Virus record (IMG/VR): IMGVR_UViG_3300050343_000139
Length of the DNA: 28,712 bases
Reading direction: 5' to 3' (one strand)
Source: an uncultured virus (IMG/VR IMGVR_UViG_3300050343_000139)
Lineage: Duplodnaviria; Heunggongvirae; Uroviricota; Caudoviricetes
Shown: positions 25,076-28,712 of the stretch, in pieces
Numbering within the stretch: the first letter of the stretch is position 1
Layout of the letters: each line of letters begins with the position of its first letter
Program-made: the position numbers and the translations under genes
The notes under the pieces: generated by a model
What the model saw: the letters and a program-made list of their open reading frames with translations, nothing else
Databases searched by the model: none
What the model was told of the DNA's origin: nothing

Positions 25076-25155
25076 TGGACTCGGAGGGACTCGAACCCTC
25101 GTTACCTAACACAATGTACACCATACAAGTTTAAGTCTATTCCAATAACGAGCCC
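25076..25155 (-). ncRNA. Minimal tmRNA-like RNA (tRNA-like domain only, Ala identity, no tag ORF)
   Basis: Acceptor GGGCUCG/CGAGUCC with G3-U70 and discriminator A; T-arm GAGGG-UUCGAGU-CCCUC; 13-nt stemless D-loop UUAUUGGAAUAGA; short closed helix 2. Confidence 0.75.
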
Positions 25156-25162
25156 TAGTTAC

Positions 25163-25264
25163 TTATAATCTTTTTTTGATTTCATTACGAAACCATTTCA
25201 TTCTAGCTTCATATCCATAAGTAATGTCGACTAAATACCATAAAAATTTTCTTATTCTTTTCAT
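25163..25264 (-). CDS. Basic 33-aa protein (MKRIRKFLWYLVDITYGYEARMKWFRNEIKKRL)
   Basis: TAATG coupling; stops 7 nt before the tmRNA-like RNA. Confidence 0.55.
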   Translation of the reverse strand: MKRIRKFLWYLVDITYGYEARMKWFRNEIKKRL

Positions 25265-25461
25265 TATAAATCCAGAGTAGGGTCTTTCCATCCTCTGTTT
25301 CTTCCATAACTTATAGGAGTATGTGTATAGCAATACTCTTTTCTGTTATAGATGCTAAGAGTTTTATTACATGATTCATCTTTGCATAATCTACCTTTTG
25401 CGTATACCTTACTTTTTCTTGAGTTATATGATTTAGTACCAGTTTGATATAAATTACTCAC
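25264..25461 (-). CDS. Small CCCH-type Zn-finger protein
   Basis: GRLCKDESCNKTLSIYN...YCYTH; GTG start with GGAAGG RBS. Confidence 0.75.
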   Translation of the reverse strand: MSNLYQTGTKSYNSRKSKVYAKGRLCKDESCNKTLSIYNRKEYCYTHTPISYGRNRGWKDPTLDL

Positions 25462-25624
25462 TGTTTGTTCCTTCCTTTAAGTCTTTTGCATAATCCGTAC
25501 CAAGAATATTATCTAACTCTTCTTGTTCAGAAACCCAAAGCAACTCTTTACTTTTTTTTAATTCGTATGCTCTTATTTCTTTATATGATGTGTAACGATT
25601 TTTTATCTCTTCTAAAAATTTCAT
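25454..25624 (-). CDS. Hypothetical 56-aa protein (MKFLEEIKNRYTSY...)
   Basis: Read manually; ATGA overlap with the upstream gene; fills the gap. Confidence 0.65.
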   Translation of the reverse strand: MKFLEEIKNRYTSYKEIRAYELKKSKELLWVSEQEELDNILGTDYAKDLKEGTNSE

Positions 25625-25941
25625 ATCTCTCTTCCCATAAATTTATATAAATATTGAGGACTTTGATGATTGTGTTCCTCTTGACTACATCTTATCTTGT
25701 CAATAATCCAGTTTTTTTCATGTCGAAGCTTCCATATTAATGCTCCGAATCTTGGTATGTAATGAGCCATAAATTCATTATGACAAACGCCTACAGGAGA
25801 AGTAAGCAATAAATACTCTACCTTCTCCTGTTGGTTAAAATGTGTAAACTTTTCTGCTTGTGTAGAGACAGTAGGACGCTTTGAAACATCTATCTGCTCC
25901 TCGTCTTCTAGCCAATCACTAAGTTTACTACTCATTGTCAT
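25621..25941 (-). CDS. Winged helix-turn-helix DNA-binding protein
   Basis: IPRFGALIWKLRHEKNWII...YLY pattern typical of phage wHTH proteins. Confidence 0.65.
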   Translation of the reverse strand: MTMSSKLSDWLEDEEQIDVSKRPTVSTQAEKFTHFNQQEKVEYLLLTSPVGVCHNEFMAHYIPRFGALIWKLRHEKNWIIDKIRCSQEEHNHQSPQYLYKFMGREI

Positions 25942-26426
25942 TAGAATGGTGCTTCCTGTACCTCTCCTGTATTAGGATTTGTACTAACATCACTCATAGG
26001 CTTTGCAACAGGTGCTGCACCTAAAATGTCTGCCGCCATTTGAGTTTTGTTTGCATAAGAAACATTATCTTTACCTGTTTCTCCTTGATACTGAATACCA
26101 CTCACAGTCTGCCAGTCTAAACAAACTGCTACATTGTCAGCAGTCACAGTCATCTGTGTTTTTTCATTGCCTTCTTTGTCAGTCCATTTTTCTTCTGTCA
26201 GTCTGCCTGTAACAGAAACTCTCATAGTTTTTGTTCCAGTTGGGAATGAGTTAGCTACATTAGTTGCTAGATTCTCCCACATTTTAACTGTTACCCACAT
26301 ATCTTCTTTATCTCCATAAGTTTTTACAACCATGCGAGCTGAAGCTATTGATTTACCAGTTGATGTATTTCTTACTTCTGGTTCCATCATGTTACCAGTA
26401 ATTGTTATTGCATTGTTACTTGCCAT
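25941..26426 (-). CDS. ssb: Single-stranded DNA-binding protein
   Basis: ITITGN..PEVR.T..GK, WENLA.NV, V.VTGRL...W...EG, C-terminal EAPF. Confidence 0.95.
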   Translation of the reverse strand: MASNNAITITGNMMEPEVRNTSTGKSIASARMVVKTYGDKEDMWVTVKMWENLATNVANSFPTGTKTMRVSVTGRLTEEKWTDKEGNEKTQMTVTADNVAVCLDWQTVSGIQYQGETGKDNVSYANKTQMAADILGAAPVAKPMSDVSTNPNTGEVQEAPF

Positions 26427-26964
26427 TTGAATCCTCCTGTGATTCTGATTTTGCTTTTAGTTGTTCGACTGTTCTGTTCCATGGAAACTCAAACCATTTC
26501 TGTGCTGATTCCCAAGGTTCGTCTGGGTCTATAATCTCTGATTCATTACCCACTGCTTTACCACTCTTGACTCTCTGTTGTGAGAAGTCATAAGCAGCAT
26601 GCCTTACACTATCGTAACCATTGATTAGTAAGAATTGCAGTAAGCCATTTGCGTTAGCATCAGCAACTTTACCCATAGGTAAAGCTTTGTTGCTTTCGCC
26701 TTCTTTTTCAAGTCTTAGCCAAGTCTCATGACACAACTGAAAAAACTTAGGAGAGTTAAAGAATTCATGCCCTCCATTTAAATAATTAAATAAAGATTTC
26801 CAAACTACATCTTTGGGGAACACTTTATAATCTTCATATAGACTTACGATGTCATCATCTGACCAATTTACGGGCCACCTTACGGAGACCCATTGTACTA
26901 CAGTTACCCAATCTTGCTTGGATAGTATGACATCTAAATTTACTTCATTACCATTTGTTTCCAT
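26416..26964 (-). CDS. Hypothetical protein, possibly helicase loader/inhibitor-like
   Basis: Adjacent to SSB; the helical N-terminal pattern is only weakly suggestive of function. Confidence 0.6.
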   Translation of the reverse strand: METNGNEVNLDVILSKQDWVTVVQWVSVRWPVNWSDDDIVSLYEDYKVFPKDVVWKSLFNYLNGGHEFFNSPKFFQLCHETWLRLEKEGESNKALPMGKVADANANGLLQFLLINGYDSVRHAAYDFSQQRVKSGKAVGNESEIIDPDEPWESAQKWFEFPWNRTVEQLKAKSESQEDSNGK

Positions 26965-27059
26965 AATCTATTTTATCCTTATACCAACTAATAAAATGAC
27001 CGAATTATCTCGACTATAACCTGCGATTAAATTATTAGTCCTATTAATACTGTTACCTT

Positions 27060-27087
27060 TTAGACTCTTAAGCTTCATAAACGTTAC
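27060..27087 (-). promoter_or_regulatory. ECF-sigma-type promoter 4 (GTAAC-N17-GTCTAA)
   Basis: Minus strand TGTAACGTTTATGAAGCTTAAGAGTCTAA, upstream of the 26964/ssb unit. Confidence 0.65.
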
Positions 27088-27416
27088 ACATCATTTCCAT
27101 AATTCTTCATTAAATCTGAAGCTAATTGACTTTCACCAAACATAGCTTCTGTAAATAAAAATGTATATATACTTATGACAGTATCAAAGTAAACATTAGA
27201 ATCAAATTCTCTTTTTAAACTTTGTGAATCTGTATCTATAGACATTTCTTTAAATATATTTGCACTAGATATAGCTATTTTTTTGGTCTCTTCTTCTGAA
27301 AGACCTGCATTTAAACAAGCCATTGCTATGTGTGTAGCGTTATTTCTAGTATTAGCATTCAAAGGTATCTTGTTTGCTCTAGAAAAATCTCTAATAATGT
27401 CCCATCTACTTGTCAT
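27084..27416 (-). CDS. Hypothetical protein
   Basis: ATGA coupling to the DUF932 gene. Confidence 0.75.
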   Translation of the reverse strand: MTSRWDIIRDFSRANKIPLNANTRNNATHIAMACLNAGLSEEETKKIAISSANIFKEMSIDTDSQSLKREFDSNVYFDTVISIYTFLFTEAMFGESQLASDLMKNYGNDV

Positions 27417-28399
27417 ACCAACAACTCCATTGAGTTCAACATTTTGTATGTTGTATCTAACTTTGGAGATTGTGTTCCATTAATAGTTTTATTAGCAATT
27501 CTTTCTTCATGTGTAATTTTACGAACTGGTGCGACCCACTGTTCATAATTACTTACTGCATTTATTAAAGCCCATGTTGAATATTTTTGTTCTTCAAACT
27601 CTGGATTCATAAATAAGTGTTCAACTTTGTTTCTACTTTCAGCTGACCTTGCTACTGCTAAACTATTCTTACCATCTGAATTTAATTCAACTAATGGATA
27701 AATAGAATCAACAATAGTATCGAACTGTTGTCTAGTTAATAATGTATCAACCATTTTTTCAACCTCGATTTGAAAGTCATCAATATATTTATAGTTAATT
27801 TCTAAAAGCTTTCTAGCTTCATCTACTCTAGTAACTGCATTTGCTGTATGTCTAAAGCTAAAACCTGTATTGTAGTTTTTTATAGCTAAAGATAATGTAT
27901 TAGCACATACAACTCTAATTGGTGTTGTAATTCCTTTTATTGAAGAACTACCATCATGACTGTTTGTTAATAGTAAATATGGTAATGTAACGTCTTCGCC
28001 AACAACTATATCTTTATTTAAGTTGAGCAACATCCAAACAACCTTACCATTATGTAAACTACCTGCTGTTTCATACTTAGCTCTTGAATCATCTACTACT
28101 TTATCTAAAAAGTTAAAACATTCCATATTTTGTATTGGTGTGTATCTACTTCCGACAACACCTAGTACGCTATCATCACTATCTCTTACGCTTGCGTAGT
28201 AGTTTGGAACATCAATAAGACTTGATACATCAGTATTGTTATCTTCTTGAAATGTTGCCAGTCCTCTCAAACTTACAGTCCAATCAAGTCCTGCTTGGCT
28301 AAGAGCATCTCTAGAATTTAAAGCATCTTTGGTAACAACGCCTAGCTTATGCCAAGGTGTTTGTTTTGCACTAAACATAGTTTCTACTGCATGAGGCAT
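27413..28399 (-). CDS. DUF932 / TIGR03299-like phage-plasmid protein
   Basis: TPWHKLG, AGLDWTV, LGVVGSRYTPIQN, ETAGSL.NGK.VW, NSHDGS, TPIRVVCANTL, WALINAV. Confidence 0.92.
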   Translation of the reverse strand: MPHAVETMFSAKQTPWHKLGVVTKDALNSRDALSQAGLDWTVSLRGLATFQEDNNTDVSSLIDVPNYYASVRDSDDSVLGVVGSRYTPIQNMECFNFLDKVVDDSRAKYETAGSLHNGKVVWMLLNLNKDIVVGEDVTLPYLLLTNSHDGSSSIKGITTPIRVVCANTLSLAIKNYNTGFSFRHTANAVTRVDEARKLLEINYKYIDDFQIEVEKMVDTLLTRQQFDTIVDSIYPLVELNSDGKNSLAVARSAESRNKVEHLFMNPEFEEQKYSTWALINAVSNYEQWVAPVRKITHEERIANKTINGTQSPKLDTTYKMLNSMELLV

Positions 28400-28599
28400 T
28401 ATTTATCTCCAATCTTTTCTATTGTCCAACTCAATGCTTCTACCCATCCAATCATGTTTGCTTTCATAGAATCATCTATTTTATCTAACTCAACTGTTCT
28501 TATATCTAAATCTCTTGGTATTCCATAGTTGTGTTCAAGCATTTCTCTTGTTTCCCACAACTGTTTTTTTAAAACTCTATCATCTAAATTTTTTTTCAT
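28399..28599 (-). CDS. Hypothetical protein
   Basis: AGGAG RBS; TAATG coupling. Confidence 0.75.
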   Translation of the reverse strand: MKKNLDDRVLKKQLWETREMLEHNYGIPRDLDIRTVELDKIDDSMKANMIGWVEALSWTIEKIGDK

Positions 28600-28712
28600 A
28601 ATTCTTTTACTTCTCCTATATCTAATTTTTGTAAATATTTAGGAGCTTTATCTTCTGGTAGAATGCTTACTTCATTTGTAAGTACAGTTTCAAATAAAGA
28701 TTCCACTATTAC
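28596..28712 (-). CDS. 3' end of a hypothetical protein entering from outside the window
   Basis: Open frame ...VESLFETVLTNEVSILPEDKAPKYLQKLDIGEVKEL-stop with ATGA overlap. Confidence 0.6.
   Translation of the reverse strand, partial: VIVESLFETVLTNEVSILPEDKAPKYLQKLDIGEVKEL

Noticed and set aside
25076..25155. Canonical tRNA (e.g. Thr-GGU from the loop AUGGUGU)
   Set aside because: No D-stem, only about 3 bp flank the putative 7-nt loop, the arm spacing is wrong, and the acceptor carries Ala identity. The tmRNA-like domain fits better.
22740..27548. Plus-strand ORFs 22740, 23419, 24823, 25465, 26003, 26134, 26402, 27283, 27330
   Set aside because: All but 22740 are antisense shadows of coupled minus-strand genes; 22740 has no RBS and atypical composition.
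1..28712. Prophage/integration features
   Set aside because: No integrase, repressor pair or host genes in the window, so lifestyle cannot be determined.

Overview
A 28.7-kb piece of a low-GC tailed dsDNA phage genome. The WhiB gene, the actinobacterial-type SSB and probable leaderless starts point to an actinobacterial host; a low-GC marine lineage such as Ca. Actinomarina is my inference. There are three blocks. (1) 1-13.6 kb, minus strand: TerS, WhiB, an AIPR-family gene, HNH, a Zn-ribbon protein, TerL, an 880-aa portal with a multi-domain tail, an HK97-type prohead protease, the major capsid protein and head-tail genes. Several promoter-hairpin-terminator small-RNA candidates lie between TerS and TerL. 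(2) 13.8-23.3 kb, plus strand, diverging from TerS across a possible genome-end site: a probable early/host-takeover block with a DEDDh exonuclease, many microproteins, two carboxylate-amine (amidoligase) ligases, a class II glutamine amidotransferase and paralogous very acidic proteins. (3) 23.3-28.7 kb, minus strand: ParB-like, wHTH, SSB and DUF932 genes. The most unusual features are an 80-nt RNA that looks like the tRNA-like domain of tmRNA (G3-U70, 13-nt stemless D-loop) with no tag reading frame, the double-amidoligase/GATase/acidic-protein module, four ECF-sigma-type promoters (GTAAC-N17/18-GTCTAA), a candidate sRNA antisense to the whiB start, an anti-Shine-Dalgarno sRNA candidate, and a portal that looks like a protease-processed cargo polyprotein. 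All calls come from reading the sequence by eye; no searches were run.
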